From: Lingula anatina
Lineage: Eukaryota; Animalia; Brachiopoda
Direction of reading: 5' to 3'
Length of the DNA stretch: 64,000 nucleotides
Assembly (NCBI GenBank): GCA_051362555.1
Contig: CM120640.1
Location: 27,924,503 to 27,988,502 of the forward strand
Shown one piece after another: positions 12,101 to 25,600 of this stretch. The notes under the pieces are model-generated. The model had not been told where the DNA came from, searched no databases, and saw nothing but the letters and a program-made list of their open reading frames with translations. The stretch's first letter is position 1, and each line of letters begins with the position of its first letter. Made by a program: the position numbers and the translations under genes.

Positions 12101-15100
12101 AGTTGTACATAGTGTTAATGAACTAAGGCTTATGATATATATATTTGTGTCCCCCCCCCTTTTTTTTGAAAAATGAAAATGATCTGTAGTAGAGATGTCA
12201 TTGTCTTAGATTTTTATTTATTTTATCATCAGATGTTGTTCCTTAAAATTTTTTTTCAGTTATGGTGCTTAATATTTTGTATTTTTTCCATTTCAGGCAC
12301 AGAAGAAAAGAAAGTTTTTCAAGAAGCTGAAAAGTTTTCAGTTTTATGGATGGTATGGTGATATTCAGGTTAGTATATTGTAAAGATCCCTGCTGTATGG
12401 TTGCGTGTGTATTTTGACATTGAATTTCTAGAATTACCTTCATACTGCCCAGATGAGTAACCAGGCTTTGTTTAAAAGAACTGGTGAACTCTAACCATTT
12501 TTGTTGTATGAAGTAACAATGTTGACCAATGGCTATTTTTCTACCGTGACTAGCTAATTTTATGCTGAATTCTACCCTTCATGTTTTGACTACACATTTA
12601 ATTCTTTTAAATAGATCGTTTTTGACAGTGAATAAACCTGTAAGATGTTTATGTAAAATGAAAAAGTAGACCCAATAACCAGATCTTACGTAATGAGATG
12701 GAATTTAAAACTAATACATAACAAAAAGTTTTTTATAAACTGATTTTTACACTTCATTTTCAGTAGTTTTATAAGATGTCTTCTGTTTATTTATAGGACA
12801 GTGTGTACAAGATGTGCTTGTCCCCAGATACTCAGCTTCTGGTCACTATACACCATTCTGGGCTCCTGTCACTCTGGGAGTACCCATCTCTGAAGCTTAG
12901 GAGAATGTGGCCACTGGCAGAACAGGTAAAATCATGAGTTTAAACACCTTTACAGCAAATGCACTGTACCATAATAAAATTATCGTATCTTCAGAAATGT
13001 TAAATTGAAGCAAACGGTTCTCATGCTAGTTACAGGTATCTGAATTATTAAGATACATAAGATCTGATAATCACCATTGTACATTCCAGCCTGGGAACGA
13101 AGAAAAGAATCCAATAATTGTGGAGAATTTGAGATTCAAGAGAGTTTCTAAAGGTAATTTTTAATGAGCTATTTATTTGTAAAAGCCTGATAAAGCACAG
13201 AGATCTTTGCAGTGAATTCTAAAATTTAATCTCCCTTACGCAAAATTAGAGTACTTGTAAATTTTGTTTCTTATTTCAACAGATTCCACAGAACAGCCTA
13301 ACTTGCTGGATGTGAACTGGTGGAGTAAGGAAGCATTGATTCTTGCCCGCTGTAGTGGGGCTGTGACAGTGTCGTCTGCTAACACACTGAGGAATCTGCT
13401 GGGGACATCTCCAGAGTGGCTGGAGCCATCACCTCAGGTTTCCAAGGCACATGATGGGGGATTCTTGGGACTAGAGGTGAGCTTAGCTAAAACGTTGAGT
13501 TTCTTGCTTTAAAAGACAAAAATTGAGGGTGGGTGGGGAGGTGCACAAGAATGTTAAATGATTAAGGCTGGTATGGAAACTAATGCCTTCCAGGCTAATA
13601 AGTTCATCATTTTTAAACACAATCAATGTAACTGATGAGAAGCAGATAAAAGAATATTCAATTCACAAATAACAAAATGTGTCAGAAAGATGCAGGTCTC
13701 CCTTTTCATCTTAAAGTGTTTTTTTTTTTTTAGTGTGAGTGTAGGTACCAGTCACTGAAGCGCCGCCTGGTGGATGATGTGGCAGAGGTAGATGATGAGT
13801 ATGAAGACAGTGAAGATGAGGAGGATGCTACCATCATGACTAGAACTAAGAAACTCATAAAGGGAACATTGTATTATGTCACAGACAATGAGAGATTTCA
13901 ACCACCTAAGAAAAGACCCAAGTAAGATGCAGCATTATGTTTTATGCTATCACATTCCAAAGTTAACACAGCTGGACAAATCCTGACACAAGCACTCTAA
14001 TGCACAATGCCCCAAGACCTGGCTTGGAATATCATAACAGACATGTATTTGAGAATTGTGACTAATTTGGATATAAGTTGTTTTGTTTTATGAACTGAGA
14101 ATGATTTAGTACTCCCCCAAAAAAAAAGTGTGTGGTAAATGTAATACTTATACTTTAGTCTCAGCACTGACATTTTTTCAGCTGCAGGTGTGTTTTGTAT
14201 ATTTGTTAGTTTTTGTCAGTGTTGTTTATAAATTCTGCTTTATGTCTTCTTTGCAGAATCCTGTCAAGAACATACAGACTGGTGTGTTTGAAGTCCACCA
14301 CACCAGAAGAGCTGTACTCAAGAAAGGTAGAGTATTGGTACACTTTATATAACAAAATTAGATTCATCTACCTATTACAGTATTATACATGTCAATTATG
14401 GTTGATTGAATTAAAATGCTGTTGAAGGACTTGTAACTATGGGTGTAAAAACATTACTTTCAGCACAGTGTTTAATTGAATACAAAACTAAACCAGTCAC
14501 CTTTGTCTTTGATGAAGTCCTATGTAGAGAATAATGGCTGGGTAAAGCCAGTAATAAGGTGCTCTCATTAGAATGTAGCCAAGGGCTATTTCATTCCAAG
14601 AGCACAGGTAGGTAATTACCTCGTGAACATGTGACCTCTCCTCTCACATGCACTGTTCATAGCCATTCACTCACCACTCCTCATAGGAGCTAGACAGGAC
14701 TTTTATATCTGAGGTAAATTTGACTTTATTTCTTTCAGTTTGTTTATATGTTTATGTCACATTTGAAATTATTTGTTAGTTCTGCATTCTATGTAAAAAT
14801 CTTCTGTTTAATCTGTTTGTACAACATAACTATTTATAATTTCAGCCGTCATTGATTCCAGTGAATAAAATTGGAAAATCAAATAGTGTCTATCTTATTT
14901 ACTATATGGTATTCTTTTTAGATTGATAATGAGGAGTATGGAGAGGCCCTGGCCCTGGCTCAAGCATATGGTCTGGACTGTGACCTGGTGTATCAGAGAC
15001 AGTGGAGAAGAACTGATGTGTCTGTGGCTTCCATACAGGACTACCTGGTATGTGGATTTTTTTTTACTAGTTTGATAATTTCTTCGAAGTGAAGTTTAAA

Positions 15101-18100
15101 AAATCCATTTCACAGATACCTGTAGGTTATGCCAAAGAATGATGTACACATTGTTAAGCTGGTAATTGTCTAGTTTTTCCAAAAACTTTTCTCAAAGGTT
15201 CTTAATTGATTTTTCATTGATATCACCATGATTGGATTATATATTACACTAGAGCAAGATTAGCAAAAGAGCTTGGGTCTTGCATGAGTGTTTGGAACGT
15301 GTTCCTCAAGACATTGATGCCATGAAAGCATTGCTAGAATACGGACTGAGAGGTACAGATTTAGAGGCACTTTTGGCTATAGGAAAAGGCGAAGATGGTG
15401 GAAGGTTGGTTCTATTTGTAGATAAAATTATCATGCATGTGTCATTCTCTGTAGTTTTTATGATTCACTCAGAAGACTACAATCTCAATGTCACAAAAAG
15501 ATTTTATCAGATTTTTGTTTGGTTGGAACTCCTCAGTAGGATTTTTAGCAGGATTGGGAATATCTGCTTTTTTATTTTAGGTTCATTTTGTGTGATAGTG
15601 ATCACATGTTACCACTGGAAGAAAGTTATGATGACATAGAAACAGAGGAAAGGGTAAAACAAGAGGCTCAGCGAAAACGAAGAGAAGAATTGCTGAAACA
15701 AGTAGATTTTACAACGTAAGTGTCCAGTATTTGTGTGTTACTGTAGAATCTGAGTTAGTCATGGTGTCTTTACTGCTAAGTTTGGATGTAACAATGTTAT
15801 TGTATGACCTGATAAGCTGAATGTTTAATGAATTTTTTGAGCAATCACATGGCTAGTGGTAACATGAAAATCTAACAAAAATAAGTATGGAAATACTTTT
15901 AACATATTTTAATATCTTAATTAAAATTGTTCATTAGTTTAGAGTTATTGGGTTTAAAAATAGAAATGGAAATTTAAAGAAATAGAAAAAAATGTACATG
16001 TGCCACTTTATGTAATATTTTAGCTTGAACTTGGAACAGAAAGAGCTGTGTCGAGCTCGCCTGAAGCTGTTGCAGTATTTGTACCGCCTGAGTACATATG
16101 AAGAGATTCTTGGGGGCCCCCATCAAGCTGAGCAGCATTTTGATTACACCTTCTTCCAGAAATTCCGTAGTCAGAACATTGTTGAGATAGCGGCTGACTA
16201 TGCTAGGGTAAGTTAAGTCATCTTAAAATTTTTAATTCAAATAATTAGAGATATTGACTTGTATCCAGCCACCGTTGATACAAAGTCGCATTGGAAGCTA
16301 ATTTAAGTCAGCGGTATAAACTGAATGTAGTTTTCAAACATTTGACTTTTCCTTTTTTCTGTTCAAGAAGGGTCACATGTACATGAAGACATGAAGTGCA
16401 GGATGTTTGTCATTTTTTTTACAGGCTACTGATAAGGAATCTTTACATATCATCTTGACCTATCATGGAGTAGATACCCTGCCACATAGGTGAGACATTG
16501 CCATGAATACATACATCTTAAGGTTGCAGAAGGAATTCATTAAAAAAGATACCTCAATTATTATGACAACAGAATCTGTGAAATTTATTAAAAGTTTTTT
16601 CTGTTCAGCTCTAAATAGCAGCCAGAAGAAAGAGATATCGATAAGACTTAGTCAAGAATTGCTTATTATTTGAGTTTGTTCACGTGCAGTCTACGTTTAC
16701 ATTTTTCACTATTTTAGGTTGGCAATATTATCGAATTTCCCTGAGACGTCATCACCTCATGACTACGCTGAGTTGTTGCCTGTGGTGAGGTAGGTCAGAG
16801 GTCATGGTAGGACATGGTGTTAAGGTGCTAGATTCCATGGTAAATTTCTTTTCAAGAGGCAGTGGCATGAATTAATTGAAGTGTGGTTTACTGCTGAAAT
16901 TAAATAGTCAAGTATTCAGAATCAAAGAATACAGACATCGTTGAAACCCAGCTGACCCTGTTCTCCATCTTATACTGCAGGATAGTTTGCCATATGACAC
17001 ATGTGAACAAGCCATTTCAAGTGTTATTTACAGATAAGTAAACGATGCCTATTTGTTTGAAGATGTCTTTATTTTGTTCGGCACGCATTTTTGCCTGAGC
17101 TATTGTTAATGACACAGGATGTAACCGAGGCCATTTTCTTATAATTCCTAGTAATGTCGAGGGAGAGCCAAAGGTGGAACAATGGCCGCAGCATGAATGG
17201 AGGGATCAAGACTGGGTAGAGTCAGATGCATGCAGGTATGGTGTTGAATTTTAAAGACACTGTATGTGGGGAGTTCTTGTGTGAAAAATGCAGTTTGTTA
17301 AAGAAAAAATAAATGCTTGTACATACCAATTATCATTTTATGAAGTTTCAAACAAGATTGATTACAATTTTTTCATGTAGTAGAAGTTGAGTTAATGGTT
17401 GCTCTATATAATTTTTGATGTGATTTAATTTTTGTTAAGGAAATGAGCGCAGGCAAAAAAAATTTAAATAGGAATTTAAAGTCTTTTTAGCTTCTTGGTT
17501 TTCTTACTTATAACTTTTGTTGTGTTATTGTCATATGCAAAGATCATCAGTAAGAGATAATAAGATACAGACTAATGCATTTGTGGTAAAATGTGTTCAT
17601 ATTCATTTGAAAAAGATTATGAGTTATTGTGAAATATTTGAATGAATGAATTCAACTTAGACCCAACATAGACCCTGTGTTAGAAGACCCAGGAGCTTTT
17701 CTATATGAAGACAATCTGGACCTTGAAAGATTCAGGTAAGTTTAAATTCAATTCAATCCAAAGATTGCTGAATGAGAACAAACATTTAGTGGGTCAGGAA
17801 AAAATATGATAGAAGATAAATGTGAACTATATTTGTTTCAAATGTTAATCGATAAAAATATATTATTTCAGGGGAGAACAACTGACCAAGGGTCAGGTGA
17901 GAGACTGGTATGCATATAGAGCTTGTGAGATTGAAAGGTGGTCAAGACTGGTGGACAATGCCCTGGAGATGGTCAATCAGGCCATGGAGAGAAATGTGGA
18001 GGTAAATTGACCACTGTATATAACATATGTAGTTATAAGATGGGATACTTTCATATTTAATTTAATTTTATGTTGGATATATTTTATAATTTTCAGAAGG

Positions 18101-19574
18101 GGTCATGCTATTATATTTGTAGACTGATGATAAATGTCAAAAAAAAAAAAAAAACAGTTCACTTTTTTGCAGTTTATATGGCTTATGAATTGTCCTGGCC
18201 ATTTGGCACAAATTTGTTGTACTAGCTGAAGACCTGTTTTGTATGAAGTAATGTTTGTTTTAGCACTGAAAGGATGTAAAAGTTATACATTTTAAAAATT
18301 ATTATAATGTTTTGATCAAGTTTATATTCATAACAAAATAGATTTCTTTTCATTTCAGGGTTTGGAAAATCTCCATGATGATCTCAAAAACTTAGAGCTG
18401 TTGGTTTATGATGCCCATGTGGATGACAGTGTGACATTTGACCAGTTCAAGAAGATGACTGACATTGAGAAACTGAGGCTACTTATGTCTAAGGTAAGCT
18501 GATATTAGCGTATCAATATTATACATCACCACTTTTTATAGAAGACAAATGCAGAAGTTTTGCACCATATATATCCAGAAACTGCAATCATTGGTTATCT
18601 GTCATTTCAGTCCTCGGAAGAAATGTACGAAAAGAACCTAAAGAAATGGATGCTGCCGTTTTTGAAGAGATGTGATAGACAAAAACCAGGCTCAACAAGA
18701 GAGTTGTTGGAAGATTATCTTGTCACTATGGCGAAAGATGATCTCACTCTCTGCCAAAAAGTCTTCAGAAGTTCTATGGCTCATGTAAGTGATGTGAAGA
18801 TCACTAAATCTCTTCCTCTTCATGAATTACTGTTAGACTAATTACAGTTAGAAAGTCTGTATTTCTTTTAATGCATTATCATAAAGATCCCCACCTCATA
18901 TACTGAAACAACATCTTAAAGTTGAAGAATTGTGAAGAACAGTGAAAGTTTGCAGTATTATGCTTGATTTCAGGATTTTTCAGTCTTCCTTTTGATCATT
19001 TTTTCACATGATCTGATTCCAATGAGAAATTGCAAGGTATGTTTTCCGGATTTTCAGTTTTTACAACTTTCACCCATGTAATGATAAAAGGTTAGATAAC
19101 ATTTGTGATAGTATGAGAACTTGATTTATCTTGCAGCATGAGAGCCCAATTATCTCAGAGGATGAAGAACTTCTGACAGTGGCACTGAAGTGTATCTACT
19201 CGTGTGAGAGGTGGGTGTACCTGTGATGCATGTTTTAGTATTGGGGTGACATCAGCTATTTACGTTGCTAACCCCTTATTTAAGTGTGTGTTAAATTTTG
19301 ATGACACTTACGAGAATGGAAACTTGGTCTGAGAGATGATAATCAAGGAAAAATGTAAGAAAACGCCCTTGGTGGCTGAGATAAAACAATTTTCATATTT
19401 AAAATGTGAAGCCTTGTTCTTTTCCTTTTCGTACAATGCAGGATTAATAAAATCTTACAATACTGTTGTATTACCATATTATTCTGTCCATTGTTTCAGC
19501 AAAATAATACATTGCACTTTTTTCTTGTTTAATAATCTATTGTATGTTTGGTTGAATAAATTGTGGTATTGATC

Positions 19575-19645
<71 letters not shown>

Positions 19646-22600
19646 ACCTATTGTTCATGAGATTATAAACGTATATTCGTGTGTGAGAGAGAGAGAATGT
19701 ATGTTAGAGAGAGAGTGAGTGTGCATTTACCATACTTAGGTATATGTACATTCCTGTACTGAAATTTTTCAATTTAAAATAAAAAAAATAATAAAATTAT
19801 TCTGTCCATAGAAGTGACCAACGGTTGCTAGCAGTTGGAATCTTGGAATGTTTGCCAGCAAGGGGCTCTGGGTAAGTAGACAGATAATTATTTTGGTGGT
19901 CTTAAGGGGATATGGGATGATGCTTTATTAGAATATTTTCTTGTTGAAACAGTTTTTTAACTTTGGTTTATCAATTGTTTATAACATAACAGAGAGATTG
20001 ACAATGTCTTCACGATATTGTGTAATTTATGTTATCGTTTATTACTATTATTATTTCAGTAAACTGTCAAGTAAAATGAACAAAATTCATGATGAAGTTG
20101 ACATGATGGAGAGGGATCTAAGGTAAGAGTTTTGCTTTGTCTGATGTTTTGTTATAATGTTGTGAGTGAGCACTATTTATATCTGTGATTCCTGTAGCAC
20201 CTGTACACTAGGTATCACATGTTACATGTGTGTTTCTTTAAATAGTTGTATCATTAGACAATAATACAAAGTGCGTGTATTGTTAATAGGATAGCAGTAC
20301 TTTGGCATAATATGATAAGGTTTGTGCTCTGAGGCTTAGATTTCAGGGCCATGGTGTATTACACACATACTTAAAGGCAGGCTAGATAGTTATTCCTGGC
20401 AAAACATAATTTTGGGTCTTACATATTAATTTTTTCATAGTGAAACTTTTTAGGAACATTTTCATTCTGTTTTCAACACTGCCCTTTGATTTGCATTTCT
20501 AGTGCTGCAGAGATCTTGGAAAGAAATAACTTACCTAAAACCATGTCATACATTAAGTCCTCACAACAAGATGTAGAGGAAACCAAGAATCTTCTCACAA
20601 AACTCACCAGAATTGCAGGAAGAAAGTGAGTTAGTGACTTAAAGGCAGCCAATACTTCCAATGTTTCATGAAGACCCCAAATTACTTTACATTTTTTTAT
20701 TTTAGTAATCTTATTGAAATCGATAAAAAGATATTTTGATGCCAGAGGCAAAGGAAAAAAAACAAAGTATTCAACTTGAACATAAAAAGATGTACATGAA
20801 ACAAAGAGTTTGAAGATATAAAGAACAGCATTGAAAAATTCTTATCCTACACTTATTTAAATGAAGTTTTGAATTGAAATAACTTTCTTTTTCAATAGAA
20901 CCCCTCGCCTAACAGAAATAGATTGGAAAAAACTTCTGCAGGATGTACTTGAACTGCAGTCCAGAGTGTATGGCTGTGTGAACAGGGACACTTGTTATGA
21001 GGTGAACTTTGGGGGAGATTGTTGCAATTTGAAAAGATGAATCAAGTTTCCATCAGTTTTAATTCTCTTTTTTTTTTATCAACGTTTATTCAAAAGAAAT
21101 GAAGGCATTATATGCTCTCCACATTTTTAATTCTCTGGCATTCATTTTCTGTTTGACTTTATCATTTTAAGGAACAACGTAAAATATCCCTCTCCAAAGA
21201 AAATTGTTTAAGTTTAGAAAAGAAATTTGATATGTTGAATAATTTATTTACAATTATTTATAAAAAACACAAACATTCATTTAAGTTCAAGTGCAGAATC
21301 CAGTACAGATGTCTGTACAGAAAATTCTGTCTCCTCTGTCACACAATTTTTACTTTAACTAATTGCGGACAATCATTTCAGATATTCGTCGAGAGTCTGC
21401 TGTGTTCCAGTCACCAAGGCAACATCCACCTGGCAGGCCAGTACCTGGAGAAGAGTGCCGATGAACATGCCTCCCCCAGGCCTAGTGCTCCACAGACCAT
21501 GTCCCAGTACAAGCTCCCATACAAAACTGCCATAGAGCTGGTGCTGCAGGCTGCCAGGGAGTACTTTGACTCCTCGGCTAGTTTGAGAGATGAATGCATG
21601 GATCTGGCTAGGTTGGTTTACAGTGACATGGTTGAACTTAGATTTGGTTCTGGTTGGTTTTGAATTGAAGCTGGTCTGGTCTAAAATGCCTTGTTATATT
21701 ATCAAATTATGAAGTAAGGGTTTGTCATTGGGGTCTTTTTGACTTCAACTTTCCTGGTCAGGAAGATATATGTTAATATGTAATAATGCAGAAGGTAAAA
21801 AAAAGTCGAATGTAAACAGGTGTGAGAGATTTTGACTTTTGACTGACTCAAATTAAAATGATTTCTTGACATTCTTTATCCATGCTCATCCTGTGCATTC
21901 TGGTAGTACCCAAGGTTTCCATTTTGTATCCTACTAACTTAAACTTTAATCCAGAATTATTGTGAAAGAAATGTTTTACTTTCTAATGTTTTTTAGATCT
22001 TGCCTAAGCCTAATAGGGGACAGACCACCCAGCATTCAGGAGGATTTAGACCTAATTGCTGCCATCGATCTATTGAATGATCTGGAAGTTGCTGCTTTAC
22101 CTTTACAAGGTAAAACTATCTAAGCACAACACATTATACCTAATGCAAGTTATGGTTCAGTCAGGTTATTTTTATTTATAAGCAAATTGATAATTTTTTG
22201 TTTGATATGGAAGATTAGTTTTATTTTTGTTAAGAGGATTTTCTGCTTTTGCTTAATGGTACTGGTAGTATATTGACATAGTTTCTTTCATTTACAGTGC
22301 GACTATGTAAAGAGAGACTAGAGTTTGTAGAGAAAGCAATTCAAAAGAAACCAACAACTTACAAGAATTATAACAAGGTGAGTTAAAAATTCTAAAACAT
22401 CTTGCAATGAATGTCATGTCATAAACACAAGGAGGTCATTAAGGCTGGTCAATTTTAGTATATGTAAAAATTCAAAATTTTGTAAATTCTTAGTTTAAGG
22501 GAGGAATCTCAAGTCCCATGGGGTGAAAATTGGGGTTGAGGGAGGCAGACTTGGCATGGAATGCTTGCAATCATGCCACCATGTCACTGTCACACATACC

Positions 22601-25600
22601 AATGTGATCAATACCAGTCAATCACTATCAGGTTTGTTCAGCAGACTTAATCATTTTTTGGCTGATATTTGAAATAATGAAATAATGAATTTTGTGTGGA
22701 TGCCATGCAGTCAAACACCATTCTCTTCTATGAAAAAAGTGCGTGGAAGGTTAATGTTGATATGGACATATTTGTGTTGTAGTTACTGAAGCTGGGATCA
22801 TTGTTGAGGGTATCTGGGAGAGATAAGGCAGAAAAAGAGGGCCGAGTGTTGAGACTGGTGACACAGGCTGCTCTCAGGGTAAGGGATGTCTGCATGGTTA
22901 TAACTTCTTCTTTCAATTTATTTTGTAAATCTGAGTGTTTCTTTTATTTTTTATAATAATACATTATTTAAGGAAAATATTGTCAAATTGTTTCTGGAAA
23001 ACAAGCAGACCATAATTACAGAAAAGGTGATGTTATGATGTATTAGTTGGTAAATAACATGGAAGAACGGACTAGGAAATTATTGGCAACAGTTACAGTG
23101 GAAAGACAGAATTGATAAGATTCACTGACCAGGTGATGTTTCACAATTTGGAGATAAAAGACATTAGGCAGAGGTGAAGAGTACCAAACAAGAAACTTTA
23201 TCCTAAGGTTTGATATAGAACAGACCAAAGGGTAATGAATCCCAATGTATTTTATAGCTGAGATTCTCGTATTGTTTTTTCAGGACAAGGACTTCAAGCT
23301 AGCCCATCAGTTATGTATTTTATAGCTGAGATTCTCGTATTGTTTTCTCAGGACAAGGACTTCAAGCTAGCCCATCAGTTATGTATTTTATAGCTGAGAT
23401 TCTCGTATTGTTTTCTAAGGACAAGGACTTCAAGCTAGCCCATCAGTTATGTATTTTATAGCTGAGATTCTGGTTTTTTTTTTCAGGACAAGGACTTCAA
23501 GCTGGCCCATCAGTTATGTATTTTATAGCTGAGATTCTGGTATTGTTTTTTCAGAACAAGGACTTCAAGCTAGCCCATCAGTTATGCCGTAGAATGATGG
23601 AGAGTGGGTATGCTGCCATATGGACAGAGTGTAAAGCTTTGGCTGAGGCTGAAGAATTTCAGGATATTAGTGCAAAGTAAGCTCACAATTGAAAGTGTGT
23701 GTGGATGTATGTGTGAAAATGGCAACATTTTGGAAATATATTTTGGAAGCTGAAAGTAATCTGAAGTGTTAATTTTACCAGGACCTAAGGTACCTCTGGT
23801 TAGGATATTGCATTCTATTATATTTCTATTTTTTCATACATGGTGAAGTAAGAATTCTGTTTAGTGGTTGGTGAAAAGTAATACTTTTCAAATTTCAGAG
23901 CAGAGTTACTGTCCTTTGCAGTAACTCACTGTTCAGCAGATATGATAGAGCCTATCCTCAGAGCCAAGTGTCTGCTAGAAACCAAGGTATGTGTCCATTC
24001 TTGTTATTTCACTGCTAGGACACCATTTCATTTTATTCATATCTAAATGCTGGTTAATATGAACATATGAAAATTTGGGGGAAAAAAATCATAATTTGGC
24101 TTACTGGCAAACCATGCACATTTTTCCTGACCATAAAATGTGTTTCATACCCAGATGTTTTATCCACAGATTTTATATGACGCCATTCAAACCCAAACGC
24201 ACCAAGAAACAGATTCCAACAAGGGCACCAAGGCAACAAATCGCAGTCCGTTTTCGGCCAGAGGGGCCTTGCAACAAACTAAAGAGATATTGACTTCGAC
24301 TAGTAAAACCACCAAGAGCCTCCTGACCACTTTCAGTGACAAGCAATGGTGGAAAAGTACCCTGAAGAACCTTGACCCTCAGGGTGGGCCGAGCAGGGAG
24401 ATGGCACAGGAAGTCAGGAATGCCAGGATGGAAAAGCAAGGCTATCATCCATTCTATGAAGATTGCATTGAGAATGGGCATTGTGATGTAGTAAGTTGGT
24501 GTTTGTCACTTCACATGATGTATTCTTAGGAATATTTTCTAATTTGTAAATGAACAGTTGATTTTTCTATGACAATGGATTTTAAGTTGCAGATTTTGTG
24601 GCAAGAATAAAGCTAGTGTTGGATTTATGACATAAGTGTTGTACAGTTTGATTTCTTGTCCTCGTCGATCAGCTGACAGATATTTAGAAATCACATTGTA
24701 GAAAAAGATGTTTAAATCTTTCAGAATGCCTTCAATTATAAGCAGTTTAGCATGCCAAAGGATAACAATCCAACAATGGAACTGAGTGAGATATTACTGA
24801 GGACTGCCAAGCTGGAGGAGACTTTGACAGAAGGAGCTGTTGTTAAATCTTCAAGAGAAGGTAGAGACAAAATCAATAGGAATAAAGTATATGTAGGACC
24901 CTAGCATTTGGACACAGAAATACCTTTTTTTTTTAATTTGTAACAAGCTTGATTGTTAATTGTGAAAATTCTGGCATTTAAAGTACTTTTGTTCATACTG
25001 GGTGATACATGTTGTATTCTGTTTCCAGTATTGCTAAAACTTGCCAAGGATGCCATGTCAGAAGATGCAGCATTAGGCTTAGCCTATTTATTTGCTTTGT
25101 CAGAGGTAAGTAACTATGGTTTGGATAAAGGAGATTGTCCTTTATGATATCTATTTCTTTTTTTAATGTAGACATTACTCCATTTTGTCAAAGGAACCGT
25201 TTATATATACACTGCATATATGTAGAAATTGCGGAAGGTGTATATTTTAAGCTTAGCTGCATGTTATTATTGCCACCAGATGTCAAAAAAGAAAAACATT
25301 GGTTTATAGGTATAAGCTGTAACCATAAAAGGCACTGGCAGAATAAAACTTTAGTATAATTTCAAATTTTTTTTAGATATTTTACTGAGATACAGACCAG
25401 GTTTTTTAACTGGAACTGAGAATTCTGTAACTCATTTATCAACAGCAGTTAAAGGTACTCTAACAACTCTACTTTTCGTTTTTTTTTTTTCACAAACATT
25501 GTTTCTCAATTTTCAGATCACTGATGCTGACAAGTGTTTCACCAGCCTTCCCCAAACAGCCATATCTCTTCAACTGGCCACATACTACTACGCCTTACAG

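Noticed and set aside
23245-23586. Regularly spaced repeats resembling a CRISPR array
   Set aside because: The units are contiguous near-identical tandem copies with no unique spacers, there are no cas genes, and the context is a eukaryotic intron/exon boundary.
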